Positions 47,666 to 58,048 are shown, counted from the stretch's first letter. The stretch: DNA of 64,000 nt from an uncultured Nitrososphaerota archaeon (GCA_963838925.1 CAWISW010000002.1:320001-384000), one strand, 5' to 3'. Notes: generated from the sequence alone by a model not told the origin. Program-made: numbers and translations.

Positions 47666-48874
47666 TCAGTCCTGGTGGTCTTCGCTCGGTTCGTGGTCCT
47701 CGTCATGGGCCGTGGGGGGCTCGCTGGAGGGCAGCGAGGGCCCGGGGGTCGCCGTCGTATGCACGGACGGCCTCCCCCTGAGGCGGGTGTACAGCGTGAT
47801 TACCACGCCGAAGACGGCCGCGAGGCCAACGAGCACGTAGGTGATCAGGAGCACCGATGAGCCCGTCCCGCCCGTGATCAGGTACGTGCTGAACTGGTCC
47901 ACTGGGAGGTACAGCAGGGCGAGGACGACGATGCCCGTGACGCTCCTCCACGTCCTGTGGCTGCCTCGGAGGAACTGGGTGAGGAGGGTCCCCGCCAGGT
48001 AGATGCCTATCGCCGTCCATATGAGGAGGAGGGATCCTTGTATGTAGTAGCCTACCAGGGTCCCGCCGTACTGGAAGAAGTGGGAGGGCGAGGCGGTCAC
48101 GTCGGTCATGAGGGCTGCCGCGTTGTCCGCCATGTTGGAGTATCCGCTCGAGAGCCCGACGATCAGTATGAGGATGCTCGTCGGGATGGTGAAGAGCCTG
48201 ATGTACCCGAACGGCTTCTGGCTAAGCATCCCCGCCACGAACCTGTCGATGTTGAAGCCCCGCACGAGGAACGCGCCTCCGATGATGATCAGCACTGCGA
48301 AGGTCGCCAGGGTGGCCTCACCGGCAAGCACCAATACGCCCGCGAACAGCAAGATGATGCCCGGGACCCCTATGGCCCACTTCGAGTACCTCGGCTCGAA
48401 GACCAGCATCCTGAGGTACCGCCCCAGGACCATGTAGTTCTCCTCGACCGACCTGCTGTGCTTGACGACGACGCGCCTCACTGAGACTATCGGCTTGAGG
48501 GTCTGTAAGATCGGAACGACGAGCTCGTCCTCGGCACCGTCGCTGATGAGCACTATCCCGGAGTACTGCTGCTTCGCGAGGAGCGCCTCGACCTCGCGGC
48601 GAATCTTCTTGTCCGCGGTGTAGTCGCTCTCCTCTAGGCCGCAGACTGCCCCCACGTCGCACTGCACCTCCTGCGCCCTGAGCTCGTCGTACTCCTTCAC
48701 GGCCGCGAAGAGCGCGTTGGCGTCAGCCTCCTCGGGGTCGGCCACGGCTAGGCTCGTCGCCGCAGCCATCACCGCCTCCCTCCCGAAGACCGGGGAGCGC
48801 GTCCCTGTCTTTCGCTCCAGGTCGCCGTCCCTGTCGACCGAGAGTACCAGGACGCGCTCTTGCGGTGCGGACAT
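47666..48874 (-). CDS. DUF373 family membrane protein
   Basis: VLSVDRDGDL, DPEEADANA, SDGAEDE, RRVVVKHSRSVE; typical uppS neighbour. Confidence 0.9.
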   Translation of the reverse strand: MSAPQERVLVLSVDRDGDLERKTGTRSPVFGREAVMAAATSLAVADPEEADANALFAAVKEYDELRAQEVQCDVGAVCGLEESDYTADKKIRREVEALLAKQQYSGIVLISDGAEDELVVPILQTLKPIVSVRRVVVKHSRSVEENYMVLGRYLRMLVFEPRYSKWAIGVPGIILLFAGVLVLAGEATLATFAVLIIIGGAFLVRGFNIDRFVAGMLSQKPFGYIRLFTIPTSILILIVGLSSGYSNMADNAAALMTDVTASPSHFFQYGGTLVGYYIQGSLLLIWTAIGIYLAGTLLTQFLRGSHRTWRSVTGIVVLALLYLPVDQFSTYLITGGTGSSVLLITYVLVGLAAVFGVVITLYTRLRGRPSVHTTATPGPSLPSSEPPTAHDEDHEPSEDHQD

Positions 48875-48983
48875 GCTCGCTTTCGCCCTAAACTACGCCC
48901 CTCGCTACTTAAGGGCTACTCCGGCGCTCGGCTCCGCCCCTCGCGGAAAGACAAAATAGCCGCCCCGCTAGCTGCAAGACGTC

Positions 48984-50699
48984 TTGCTGGTCGAGCGCCC
49001 CTGGAGGAAGGCTTGGGCCAAGCACGTGATAGAGAGCAGCGCCGCGCCGCCGGAGCCGAAGCCTCTCTTCGAGCTCCTCTCCGCGACCGCCGCCCGCGAC
49101 CCGGGGAAGGTCTGTCTGAGGTTCCAGGGAGCGAGCCTCACCTACGCCCAGGCCGACGACGTCTCCTCGAGGTTCGCCAGCGCGCTCATCTCCCTCGGGG
49201 TGAAGAAGGGCGACAGGGTCGCCATATTCATGCCTAACATGCCGCAGTTCGTCTTCGCCTACTTCGGCATCCTCAAGGCGGGAGGGATCGTCGTGCCGTG
49301 CTCCCCCCTCTACAAGGCGAAGGAGCTCGAGTTCCAGCTCAGGGACTCGGGCGCATCCGTCGTCGTCGCGGCGAACGACGTCGTGAAGGGTAGCGACCTC
49401 TTCGCGAGCCTGGAGGCCTGCAGAAAAGACCTGTCTATCAAGATAGTCACGGCCAGCCTCACGGACTACCTCCCTCCCGCGAAGCGCGCCCTCGCAGGGC
49501 TCGCAGGTGTCAAGAACGTGAAGAGGGAGGGGACCGCGGGCGCGTTCAGAGACCTCGTCTCAAAGAGCCAGCCCCTCACGAAGTTCGGAGACGTCGCGCC
49601 AAAGACCGACGTCGCGGTCCTCCAGTACACGGGAGGGACGACGGGCGTCGCGAAGGGCGCGATGCTGACCCACGCAAACCTGTACCTCAACGCGGCGGTG
49701 ATAGCTGCTTGGTTCCCGCTCGCCAAGGACGACATCGCCCTAGGCGTGCTCCCGTTCTTCCACATCTACGGGATGACGGCCGCGATGAACGCCCCGCTCT
49801 ACGCCGGCGGATCCATCGTCCTCCTGCCAAGGTTCGACGTCGAGGCCGTGATGGAGACCATACAGAAGGAGAAGGTCACGTCGTTCTGCGGGGTGCCCAC
49901 GATGTACATCGCGGTCATCCACCATCCCGACGTCAAGAAGTTCAGCCTCAGGACCGTCCGAGGCTGCATCTCTGGGGGGGCTGCCCTCCCCATCTCGGTC
50001 ATCAAGGCCTTCGGCGAGCTGACAGGCGGGACGCTGGTCGAGGGGTACGGCCTTAGCGAGGCAAGCCCCGTCACGCACTGCAACCCGCTTGGAGAGGGCG
50101 CCTCGCTCCGTGAGGGCTCGATAGGGATCCCGATCCCGTTCACAGACGCGGCGGTCGTCGACATGGACGACCCCTCGAAGGTCCTCGGCGTCGGCGAGTC
50201 TGGAGAGCTCGCGGTCAAAGGCCCGCAGGTGATGCTGGGCTACTGGAACAACGAGGCGGAGACAGAGAACGTGCTCACCAAGGACGGCTGGCTGCTCACC
50301 GGCGACGTCGCGAGGATGGACGCGGACGGATACTTCTACATCGTCGACAGAAAGAAGGACATGATCGACGTCTCCGGGCTCAAGGTCTACCCGCGCGAGG
50401 TCGAAGAGCTCCTCTTCACCCACCCCGGGGTGAAGGAGGCCGCGGTGGTGGGGATGCCCGACGACTATCGGGGCGAAGCCGTGAGCGCTTACGTCGTCCT
50501 CAAGCCGGAGAGCAAGGGGAAGGTGACCGCGGAGGACATCATCCAGTTCTGCAGGACCAACCTCGCGACCTACAAGGCTCCGAGGAAGGTCACGTTCGTG
50601 GACGAGCTGCCGAAGACTCTCATCGGCAAGGTCCTTCGGAGGAGGCTCAGGGAGTCAGGCGGCGGGGAGCCGACCCAGCCTGCTAGCGCCGCTCGATGA
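48984..50699 (+). CDS. Long-chain-fatty-acid--CoA ligase
   Basis: QYTGGTTGVAKG, EGYGLSE, GPQVMLGYW, TGD, DRKKDMI, PKTLIGK. Confidence 0.95.
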   Translation: MLVERPWRKAWAKHVIESSAAPPEPKPLFELLSATAARDPGKVCLRFQGASLTYAQADDVSSRFASALISLGVKKGDRVAIFMPNMPQFVFAYFGILKAGGIVVPCSPLYKAKELEFQLRDSGASVVVAANDVVKGSDLFASLEACRKDLSIKIVTASLTDYLPPAKRALAGLAGVKNVKREGTAGAFRDLVSKSQPLTKFGDVAPKTDVAVLQYTGGTTGVAKGAMLTHANLYLNAAVIAAWFPLAKDDIALGVLPFFHIYGMTAAMNAPLYAGGSIVLLPRFDVEAVMETIQKEKVTSFCGVPTMYIAVIHHPDVKKFSLRTVRGCISGGAALPISVIKAFGELTGGTLVEGYGLSEASPVTHCNPLGEGASLREGSIGIPIPFTDAAVVDMDDPSKVLGVGESGELAVKGPQVMLGYWNNEAETENVLTKDGWLLTGDVARMDADGYFYIVDRKKDMIDVSGLKVYPREVEELLFTHPGVKEAAVVGMPDDYRGEAVSAYVVLKPESKGKVTAEDIIQFCRTNLATYKAPRKVTFVDELPKTLIGKVLRRRLRESGGGEPTQPASAAR

Positions 50700-51861
50700 T
50701 CATGGCCAAGGCGTTGCCCCCGCCCAGGCAGAGGGTGGCCATGCCCCGCTTCTTTCCCGCCCTCCTCATCTCGTAGATCAGCGTCGTGAGTATCCTTGCC
50801 CCGCTGCACCCGATGGGGTGCCCTAGCGCGACTGCGCCGCCGTTGACGTTGAACCTCTCCGCCGATATGCCGAGCTCGTCCCTCACCACTATCGACGAAG
50901 CCGAGTACGCTTCGTTGTACTCCACCAGGTCGATGTCGTCGACGGCGAGGCCAGTCCTTCTGAGCAGCGCTCTCACTGTCGGGATGGGAGCCTCCATCAC
51001 GTCCTCGGGCTTCGCTCCCCCCGCGGCGTATGCCACTATCTCCGCGATCGGCTTGAGCTTCATCCTCCTCGCGGCCTCCTCGCTCGTCACCACGAGGGCG
51101 CTCGCCCCATCGCTCAGCTGAGAGGAATTGCCGGCGGTCAGGATGCCGTCCGGAGCGAACGCCGGCCTCAGCCTCGCCAGCTTGTCTGGCGTGGTGTCCG
51201 CCCTTATGCACTCGTCGAGCCTGAAGCTGGCACTCTTCCCTTCTCGCTCCACGGCCACGGGCACCACCTCGTCGTCGAACCTCCCGTCCTTCTGAGCCTT
51301 CGCCGCCCTCATGTGGCTCTCGTAGGCGTAGTCGTCTGCTTGCCTCCTCGTCACCTTGTACTTCCTGGCGATCCTCTCCCCTGTCACGCCCATGTGGTAG
51401 TGGTTGTAGACGTCCCAGAGGCCGTCGACGATCATCGCGTCCTCCAGCTTCGTGTCGCCGTACCTGTTCCCCCAGCGCATCTGCCTCACGAGGTACGGCG
51501 CGTCGCTCATGTTCTCCGTCCCGCCTGCCACGACCACCTCCTGGTCCTCGGCCTTGACCGCCTGCGCCGCGAGCATCACGGACTTCATCCCCGAGCCGCA
51601 GACCATGTTGGCGCTCATGGAGCCCACATGGACGGGGACGCCCGCGTAGATCGCAGCCTGCCTCGCGACGTTCTGCCCCAGCCCTGCGGAGATCACGTTC
51701 CCGATGATGACCTCGCCCACTTCCTTCGGCTTGAGCCCGGCCCTGGAGATGGCCTCCTTCACCACTGAGGCCCCGAGCCGCGACGCGTGGACGCCAACGA
51801 GGCTCTTCCCGAACTTGCCCACCGGCGTCCTGCAGGCAGATACGATGACCGGGTTCTTCAC
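50683..51861 (-). CDS. Acetyl-CoA C-acetyltransferase (canonical thiolase)
   Basis: NMVCGSG, NEAY, GHPIGCSG, CLGGG all intact. Confidence 0.97.
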   Translation of the reverse strand: MKNPVIVSACRTPVGKFGKSLVGVHASRLGASVVKEAISRAGLKPKEVGEVIIGNVISAGLGQNVARQAAIYAGVPVHVGSMSANMVCGSGMKSVMLAAQAVKAEDQEVVVAGGTENMSDAPYLVRQMRWGNRYGDTKLEDAMIVDGLWDVYNHYHMGVTGERIARKYKVTRRQADDYAYESHMRAAKAQKDGRFDDEVVPVAVEREGKSASFRLDECIRADTTPDKLARLRPAFAPDGILTAGNSSQLSDGASALVVTSEEAARRMKLKPIAEIVAYAAGGAKPEDVMEAPIPTVRALLRRTGLAVDDIDLVEYNEAYSASSIVVRDELGISAERFNVNGGAVALGHPIGCSGARILTTLIYEMRRAGKKRGMATLCLGGGNALAMIIERR

Positions 51862-51945
51862 TGCTCTCCCATTGACCGGCTTCCTTTATAATGAAACTGC
51901 CGCGCGAGCGTTTGCTGGACGAAAATCCGGCGAAAACGAAGGGAA

Positions 51946-52506
51946 CTAGGGCTCGCCCGCGAGGGCGCGCGACCTCCAGTGCTGCGACGCGTAGAAGATT
52001 ATCAGGGGCGCGAGAATCGCGCCCGTCACGAGGTCGCTCAGCTCGTGCGCCATCATGAACGGCACCCCCAGCACCTCCGTGGTCAGGAGCTTCTGCACCG
52101 TCACCCCTGGCCAGAAGGCGACCAGCGCGCTCCCGGCGTTCGTCTCGATGTCCCACAGGAACGCGCAGAGCGCGAGCACAGCGCCGAGGTACAGGTTTCT
52201 GGGCGAAAGGCGTGCGCTCTGTCCTCTCCATATCCGCGACGCCCCCCACCCCGCGAGCGCGTAGACGACCTCCCCCGCCACCAGGAACGGGATGATGTAT
52301 CCCCCGAAGCCGTACGGGCTCAGCAATCCCCAGATCACCTCTGACATGACCCCGACGTAGACCCCCATCTCGAGCCCGAAGACGAACGCCACGGAGAACA
52401 CGATGGGGTCGACGAGCTTAACGTTGGGGATGTCGACCAGCGCAAAGTCCGAGGCGACGGCTAGCGCAGTGAATGCCCCGACCAGCGCCAGGCCTCTCGT
52501 GTTCAT
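51946..52506 (-). CDS. ECF transporter S component
   Basis: ALVGAFTALA..., IPNVKL, multiple TM; ATG at 52506 after TTAAAG box. Confidence 0.8.
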   Translation of the reverse strand: MNTRGLALVGAFTALAVASDFALVDIPNVKLVDPIVFSVAFVFGLEMGVYVGVMSEVIWGLLSPYGFGGYIIPFLVAGEVVYALAGWGASRIWRGQSARLSPRNLYLGAVLALCAFLWDIETNAGSALVAFWPGVTVQKLLTTEVLGVPFMMAHELSDLVTGAILAPLIIFYASQHWRSRALAGEP

Positions 52507-52540
52507 CCGGTCTCGATGGCTGGACAAACCAGCCAGCGCT

Positions 52541-53026
52541 TTAATCGTTTCCGCGGGGCGTCCGAGCGGCGGTCTTGAACCCAGCGAGGTCGAGGATTGA
52601 GCCCTTCCTCTGCCCGACGGGGACGAACGAGGGCATGACGGCCTCGCCCACATGCGGCGCTCTCCTGCCCTCGTGAAGTATCTTGTGCAACAACCCGCCC
52701 GCGACGCCCTGGAAAACCACGAACCCGAACGTGGACGGAGGCGTCGCCCCATGGGCGCCCGGACTCACCCTCGAGATCGCCACTATCATACCAGAGTGGA
52801 GTAGCTCGACGTCGGTCCTTGTGCGCGCGCCGCACTCAAGGCAGTACGCCCTCGGCGGGACCCTCAACTCGCCGCAGGTGGTGCACTTGCTGGCGATTAT
52901 GCGCCCGTCCCTGAGCCCCCTGAGGAAGGCCTCGCCCGCGGTCCCCGCGGTGTACTCGTAGTGGAGCGGGATGCTGTCCTTCCACGCCATGATCCTTCCC
53001 GTCCCCTCCTCGACGACGACGCTCAT
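52541..53026 (-). CDS. DUF35 (Zn-ribbon + OB-fold) protein
   Basis: YEYTAG, CTTC...VPPRAYCLEC; ATG at 53026 overlaps the upstream stop. Confidence 0.9.
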   Translation of the reverse strand: MSVVVEEGTGRIMAWKDSIPLHYEYTAGTAGEAFLRGLRDGRIIASKCTTCGELRVPPRAYCLECGARTRTDVELLHSGMIVAISRVSPGAHGATPPSTFGFVVFQGVAGGLLHKILHEGRRAPHVGEAVMPSFVPVGQRKGSILDLAGFKTAARTPRGND

Positions 53027-53556
53027 CCCTGCCTCGTCCCTCCCCTGAACGGCCTGAAGTAGCGGATGTCCGTGATCGCGCCCTGCCTCTCGCCCTTTGG
53101 CTTCCATGCGGCCTTTACCTTCATCCCCACCGTCACCTTCTCCGGGGCGACCTCGCCCAGCAGGTGGAGCATCCCCATCATCGGCGACGCGCCGTCAATC
53201 TCGACCACAGCCACGAGTATGGGCTCCTCGCCTTCCCTCCTGCTCGCGTCCGCGTTGACGTAGCTGACCGAGTACGTGACGACCCTGCCCGTGTCGCCGA
53301 GCCTGACCCACTCGTCGGTGGGGCGGAAGCACGCCTCGCAGTACATGCGGGGCGGGACCATCGTCCTCCCGCAGCCGCCGCACCTCCTCCCCCACAGCTC
53401 GCCCTCCCTCATCCCGGCCAAGAACCTCGACGTCGCACTCCCGGTGCTCCAAGAGTACCTCAGCTCGGTCTCGTATCGCGTGACGAGGTATCTCCCCGCC
53501 CTAGCCTCGTCCGAGGATATCTCCGTCCCGGGGTAGCGCCTGAACCTGCTGCTCAT
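53023..53556 (-). CDS. DUF35 (Zn-ribbon + OB-fold) protein
   Basis: CGGC...VPPRMYCEAC, GMKVKA.W, ITDIRYFRP. Confidence 0.93.
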   Translation of the reverse strand: MSSRFRRYPGTEISSDEARAGRYLVTRYETELRYSWSTGSATSRFLAGMREGELWGRRCGGCGRTMVPPRMYCEACFRPTDEWVRLGDTGRVVTYSVSYVNADASRREGEEPILVAVVEIDGASPMMGMLHLLGEVAPEKVTVGMKVKAAWKPKGERQGAITDIRYFRPFRGGTRQG

Positions 53557-55517
53557 CCGGACGCCCCCGTCTTCGTCCGATAGTCTACGAAGAACTTGAT
53601 CGAGTCGGGGTTCTTCAGCGAGCCTTCGCTGAGCGCCTCGCCAGGGTCAGCGCCCATCAGGATGCGCTTGATTGGTACCTCGACCTTCTTCCCGTTTATC
53701 GTCCTGGGGACCTCCTCTATCTGGACTACGTCGTCCGGGACCAGCTTGGGCGACAGGTCCTCGCCCAACTTCTGCCTGATCCTCTGGCGCAGAGCCTCGT
53801 CCAGCACAACGCCGCGCCTGAGGACGACGAAGAGTGGCATGAACGCCCTCCCGCCCGGGAACTCCAGGTCGACCACGAGCGAGTCCCCCACCTCGGGCAC
53901 CGACTCCACGACCCTGTAGACCTCGCTCGTCCCAGCCCTCACCCCGCGCCTCTTGATCGTCGCGTCGGACCTTCCTTGGATCACGCAAGTCCCGTCTGCG
54001 TCGATGCGTATCCAGTCCCCGTGCGTCCAGGCGCCCTTGAATAAGGAGAAGTAGCTCTCCGCGTACTTGGAGCCGTCCCTGTCGCCCCAGAAGAAGAGGG
54101 GCATCGACGGCATCGGCTCTCTCACGACCAGCTCGCCCACCTGTCCCAATACCGGGTTTCCCGACTCGTCGTAGGCGGCGACCGACGCGCCGAGGTACCT
54201 GCACTGGATCTTGCCCGACAACACGGGCAGCGTCGGGTTCCCGCCCACGAACGCGGTGCAGACGTCGGTGCCCCCGCTTATCGACGCCACCCAGAGGTCG
54301 TCCTTCACCTTCGAGTAGAGCCACTCGAAGCTCTCAGGAGAGAGGGGCGAGCCGGTCGACCCGAAGCCCCGGAGATTCCGAAGGAAGTGCCCCCTGGGGT
54401 CGAACCCGCTCTTCGCAACCGCGTCGAAATAAGACGCGCCAGCGCCGAAGAAGGTCGTCCTCGTCCTCTGGGCTAGGTCCCAAAGCGCTCCCGGGCCGGG
54501 GTGGAGCGGGTCACCGTCGTAGAGCACCACCTTGCTCCCCAGCAACAGCGCGCCGAGGAGGTAGTTCCACATCATCCAGCCCGCTGAGGTGTACCAGAAC
54601 ATAGTGTCGCCCCTCCTCACGTCGTTGTGGAGCGAGAGCGCCTTCAGCTGCTCGAGAAGAATCCCTCCGTGCCCGTGGACTATGGCCTTCGGCAGGCCGG
54701 TCGTCCCCGACGTGTACAGCACCCAGAGCGGGTGGTCGAAGGGAACCTTCGCGAACTCGAGCCTCTCGCTCCTGTCGGCGAGCTCGACCCAGTCCTCCGC
54801 CCCCGCGACGCCCTCCTTCTCCCGCGTGTCGGTGACTATCGTCGTGGTTATGCTCGGGATCGAGTCCCTCACGGCCTCGATCACTCCCTGCTTCTCGAAC
54901 CACTTCCCGCCGTAGCCGTAGCCCTCGACCCCGATGAACACCTTGGGCGCTATCTGCTCGAACCTGTCGACGACGCTCTTCGCCCCAAAGTCCGGGGAGA
55001 CGCAGGACCAGACCGCCCCCAAGCTCGCCGAGGCCAGGAAGCCCACGACCGCCTCCGGGCAGTTGGGGAGGTAGCCCGCCACCCTGTCGCCCGGGACCAC
55101 GCCCTCCTCCCTCAGGAACGCGGCGAGAGAGGCGGTCTCCGCCCTCAGCTCGCCCCACGTGACGTCAGAGTCTTCCTCGTCCTCGCCTGCGGCTATCAGC
55201 GCGACATCGTCGTCGTACCTGTTCCTGAAGATGTGCTCCGCGTAGTTGAGCCGCGCCCCGTCGAACCACTTCGCGCCCGGCATCTTCCTCTCGGGCAGCA
55301 CCGCGCGGTAGGGCGTCGTCGACCAGATCTCGAAGTGCTCCCAGATGCTCTCCCAGAACGCCTCGATGTCCTCGGTCGACCAGCGCCAGAGCGAATTGTA
55401 GTCGGGGAAAGACCTTCCGGTCCTCTTCTCAAGCCAGCGCGTGTACTTTGTGATGTTTGCGCCATCGACCTGCTCCCTGCTCGGCTTCCAGAGCACTTTG
55501 CCCTCCATCTCCATCAT
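53553..55517 (-). CDS. Acetoacetate--CoA ligase
   Basis: ARLNYAEH, SPDFG, YTSGTTGLPKAIVHGHGG, WMMWN, SISGGTDVC, GRSDAT, GKKVEVP. Confidence 0.95.
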   Translation of the reverse strand: MMEMEGKVLWKPSREQVDGANITKYTRWLEKRTGRSFPDYNSLWRWSTEDIEAFWESIWEHFEIWSTTPYRAVLPERKMPGAKWFDGARLNYAEHIFRNRYDDDVALIAAGEDEEDSDVTWGELRAETASLAAFLREEGVVPGDRVAGYLPNCPEAVVGFLASASLGAVWSCVSPDFGAKSVVDRFEQIAPKVFIGVEGYGYGGKWFEKQGVIEAVRDSIPSITTTIVTDTREKEGVAGAEDWVELADRSERLEFAKVPFDHPLWVLYTSGTTGLPKAIVHGHGGILLEQLKALSLHNDVRRGDTMFWYTSAGWMMWNYLLGALLLGSKVVLYDGDPLHPGPGALWDLAQRTRTTFFGAGASYFDAVAKSGFDPRGHFLRNLRGFGSTGSPLSPESFEWLYSKVKDDLWVASISGGTDVCTAFVGGNPTLPVLSGKIQCRYLGASVAAYDESGNPVLGQVGELVVREPMPSMPLFFWGDRDGSKYAESYFSLFKGAWTHGDWIRIDADGTCVIQGRSDATIKRRGVRAGTSEVYRVVESVPEVGDSLVVDLEFPGGRAFMPLFVVLRRGVVLDEALRQRIRQKLGEDLSPKLVPDDVVQIEEVPRTINGKKVEVPIKRILMGADPGEALSEGSLKNPDSIKFFVDYRTKTGASG

Positions 55518-55659
55518 CGCTGGAGGGTCCTGCGGGGGGGTTGCCTAGTCCGGACCGGTGGCAGATTACCCAACAGCGCTCTACTAGACTGGCAAAAGGA
55601 ATAGGCGGTTATATTCTCTTCAGAGATTTTCCGTTCTGCCATGCGGAGCACGCTGTCGC

Positions 55660-56823
55660 CTACCTCCGCATCGTGATGACGGTACCTACTTGTAGCAGAT
55701 CTCCCCAAGCTTGTGCCAGTCCGCGGTTTACCTCCTTCTTCACTTGCCTCTTCCCGGCCTCGCCTCTGAGCTGCCAGAAGACCTCGCACACCTTCATTAG
55801 GCCTGCGGCGGCGATCGGGTTTCCCACACCCAGCAGCCCGCCCGAAGGATTGACTGGAAAGTCCCCGTCTCTCTGAGTGACGCCATCCTTCGTGAGCTTG
55901 GGCGCTCCGCCCTTGTCCGCGAGCATGAGCCCCTCCATGTGGTGGAGCTCCTTGTAGTCGAAGGGGTCGTAGACCTCGGCAAAGTCCAGGTCCTTCCTGG
56001 GGTCCTCGATTTTCGCCATCTTGTATGCCATCCTCGCGGCGCGCTCGAGGTACTCCGGGTAGCAGAGGTCCCTGTTCGTCCAATATTGAGTGTCGACGTT
56101 CCAGCCCACACCGTCAATCCAGATGGGGTCGTCGGTGTACTTTCTCGCTACGTCCTCGGACGCAAGGACCACCGCGGCCGCACCGTCCGATGGCGGGGAA
56201 ACATCGAGGCGCTTTACCGGAGACACAATCCTTTCACTTCTCATCACGTCGTCCACGGTGATCTTAGCACCGAGCTGCGCGCAGGGGTGGTCGAGCGCGT
56301 TGAGCTTGTTCTTGACCGCGACCAGCGCGATGTCCTCCTCCTTTATCCCGTAGACGTGCATGTACCGCCTCATCTCGAGGGCGAATATCCAGAGGAGCGT
56401 CACGCCCAGCGGCCTCTCGAGCGTGTGGTCGAATATGCTCCAGAACGCGTACTGGGGATGCGGGTGGAGCGGCGACATCTTCTCCTCCGCGACGACCATG
56501 CACGTGTCGAAGAGCCCGGAAGCGACGTGCCACCACCCGCCGATGGGCGAGAAGACGCCCGTCCCTCCGCCGACGTAGACCCTGCTCGTTGGCAACCCCA
56601 CGCCTCCCGCCCCCTCGAGGAGGTATTCGCCCTTCATGTGGATCCCGTCGAACGCGTCCGGGGCCGTGCCGATCACCACGGACTCGATGTCCTTCCGTTC
56701 CATCCCTGCCGCTTCGAGCGCCATCCTGCTCGCCTCGTAGGAGAGCTCCCTTCCAGTCTCGAGGAGCCTCCTCCTGAACAGCGTCATCCCTGCGCCGATG
56801 ATGGCGACCCTTTGCTTCGTCAT
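55660..56823 (-). CDS. Thiolase-fold (SCP-x type) protein lacking the canonical Cys/His
   Basis: EEKMS, SDGAAAVVLAS, EVYDPF, VNPSGGLLGVGNPIAAAG; GGGTG where the Cys is expected. Confidence 0.92.
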   Translation of the reverse strand: MTKQRVAIIGAGMTLFRRRLLETGRELSYEASRMALEAAGMERKDIESVVIGTAPDAFDGIHMKGEYLLEGAGGVGLPTSRVYVGGGTGVFSPIGGWWHVASGLFDTCMVVAEEKMSPLHPHPQYAFWSIFDHTLERPLGVTLLWIFALEMRRYMHVYGIKEEDIALVAVKNKLNALDHPCAQLGAKITVDDVMRSERIVSPVKRLDVSPPSDGAAAVVLASEDVARKYTDDPIWIDGVGWNVDTQYWTNRDLCYPEYLERAARMAYKMAKIEDPRKDLDFAEVYDPFDYKELHHMEGLMLADKGGAPKLTKDGVTQRDGDFPVNPSGGLLGVGNPIAAAGLMKVCEVFWQLRGEAGKRQVKKEVNRGLAQAWGDLLQVGTVITMRR

Positions 56824-57962
56824 GAGCCCACCGAGAGTATCGCCACGCCGCCGGTCGCTGTGGGGACGCCCCTCCACGACTGGACCAGCGCGCTCTTCGC
56901 GCCCTTCACCTGCCTTGCCCCGCCCTCGCCCCTGAGCTGGAGCACCGCCTCATAGACGCGATGGAGCGCCGACGCCTCGAGCAGGTTGCCAACCGCAAGC
57001 GAGCCGCCGGAGGGGTTCAGCGCCGGACCCCGCCCGCCCAGGATGGCAGAAGCCCGCTTCGCGTCCCCCGCGAGAGACACGAGGTGCTGAAGCAGCTTGA
57101 ACGAGTACGTGTCGTCTATCTCGATGAGGTCGAGCGCCCCGAGGCCTCCATCCAGCTCGGCCTGCCTACCAGCGCGCTCGAACGAAGCGCGCGCGTAGCC
57201 AGCGTATCCCGCGTCGCCTCCGTCGAACCAGGGGAGCGAGGAGTTCCACGCGACGCCGTCGATGCTGACAGCCTCCTTCTTGCGCCTCCTCGCCCACTTT
57301 GTGGAGGCCAGCACGACGACCACTGCTGCGTCAGCGTAGGGCGCCTTGTCCGCCACCCTTAGTGGCGAGGAGATCACGCCGGACCGCGGAGAAGCTCCTC
57401 CTCGCCGCTTCTTCGAGCCGTAGCTCGCGAGCGGGTTCGCAGCGCCCCTCCTCCTGGAGTTCTCTATCGCCAAATCGCACTCCTCAATCCCAAAGCCAGC
57501 ACGGTCTAGGAACGCCCCCATCTCTAGGGCCGCAAGCGTATCAGCGCCCATCCCCAGCGGGCGCATCAAAGAAGGCTCCTGCGCGAGGTCCTCGACCGCC
57601 TCCTTGTCCAGGACGTCCGAGGCCTTGCTGTGCGCTTCGAGGACCACGACCTGAGCAACGCCCGACTCGATTTGCATCACAGCGTTCCCGAGGCCGGTGA
57701 CGCCGTCCCCGGGGATCGTGCAGACCGGCCGCCCCGCGCCCCCGAGCTGGTCCGGGACCATCTCGTCGGTGATGCTCCAGCCCTCCCAGAGGTCCTCGCT
57801 GGTCGTGATGAACGAGTCCACCTCCGTCCTCGGGTCGATGCCCGCGTCCCTGTAGGCGAGGGCAGCGGCCTCGAACATGAGTTCGCGGGTCGAGATGTCT
57901 GGCAACGCAGCCTTGAAGCCCGCCGCGCCGACCCCGATTATTCCGACCTCAGGTCGCCTCAT
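56820..57962 (-). CDS. Thiolase-fold (SCP-x type) protein, degenerate partner
   Basis: EDLWEG.SITDEMVPDQLG, EIDDTYS, NPSGGSLAVGN, VLQLRGE. Confidence 0.9.
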   Translation of the reverse strand: MRRPEVGIIGVGAAGFKAALPDISTRELMFEAAALAYRDAGIDPRTEVDSFITTSEDLWEGWSITDEMVPDQLGGAGRPVCTIPGDGVTGLGNAVMQIESGVAQVVVLEAHSKASDVLDKEAVEDLAQEPSLMRPLGMGADTLAALEMGAFLDRAGFGIEECDLAIENSRRRGAANPLASYGSKKRRGGASPRSGVISSPLRVADKAPYADAAVVVVLASTKWARRRKKEAVSIDGVAWNSSLPWFDGGDAGYAGYARASFERAGRQAELDGGLGALDLIEIDDTYSFKLLQHLVSLAGDAKRASAILGGRGPALNPSGGSLAVGNLLEASALHRVYEAVLQLRGEGGARQVKGAKSALVQSWRGVPTATGGVAILSVGS

Positions 57963-58048
57963 TCGAAAGCAAGAATCCCTTCGTCGCTACATAAGTTTGG
58001 CTACCCCGAGAGCAACTCATTTACCACCCGGTCCCGTGCACACCGCCC

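Noticed and set aside
50570-52249. 559-aa minus-strand ORF
   Set aside because: Alternative frame of the thiolase gene
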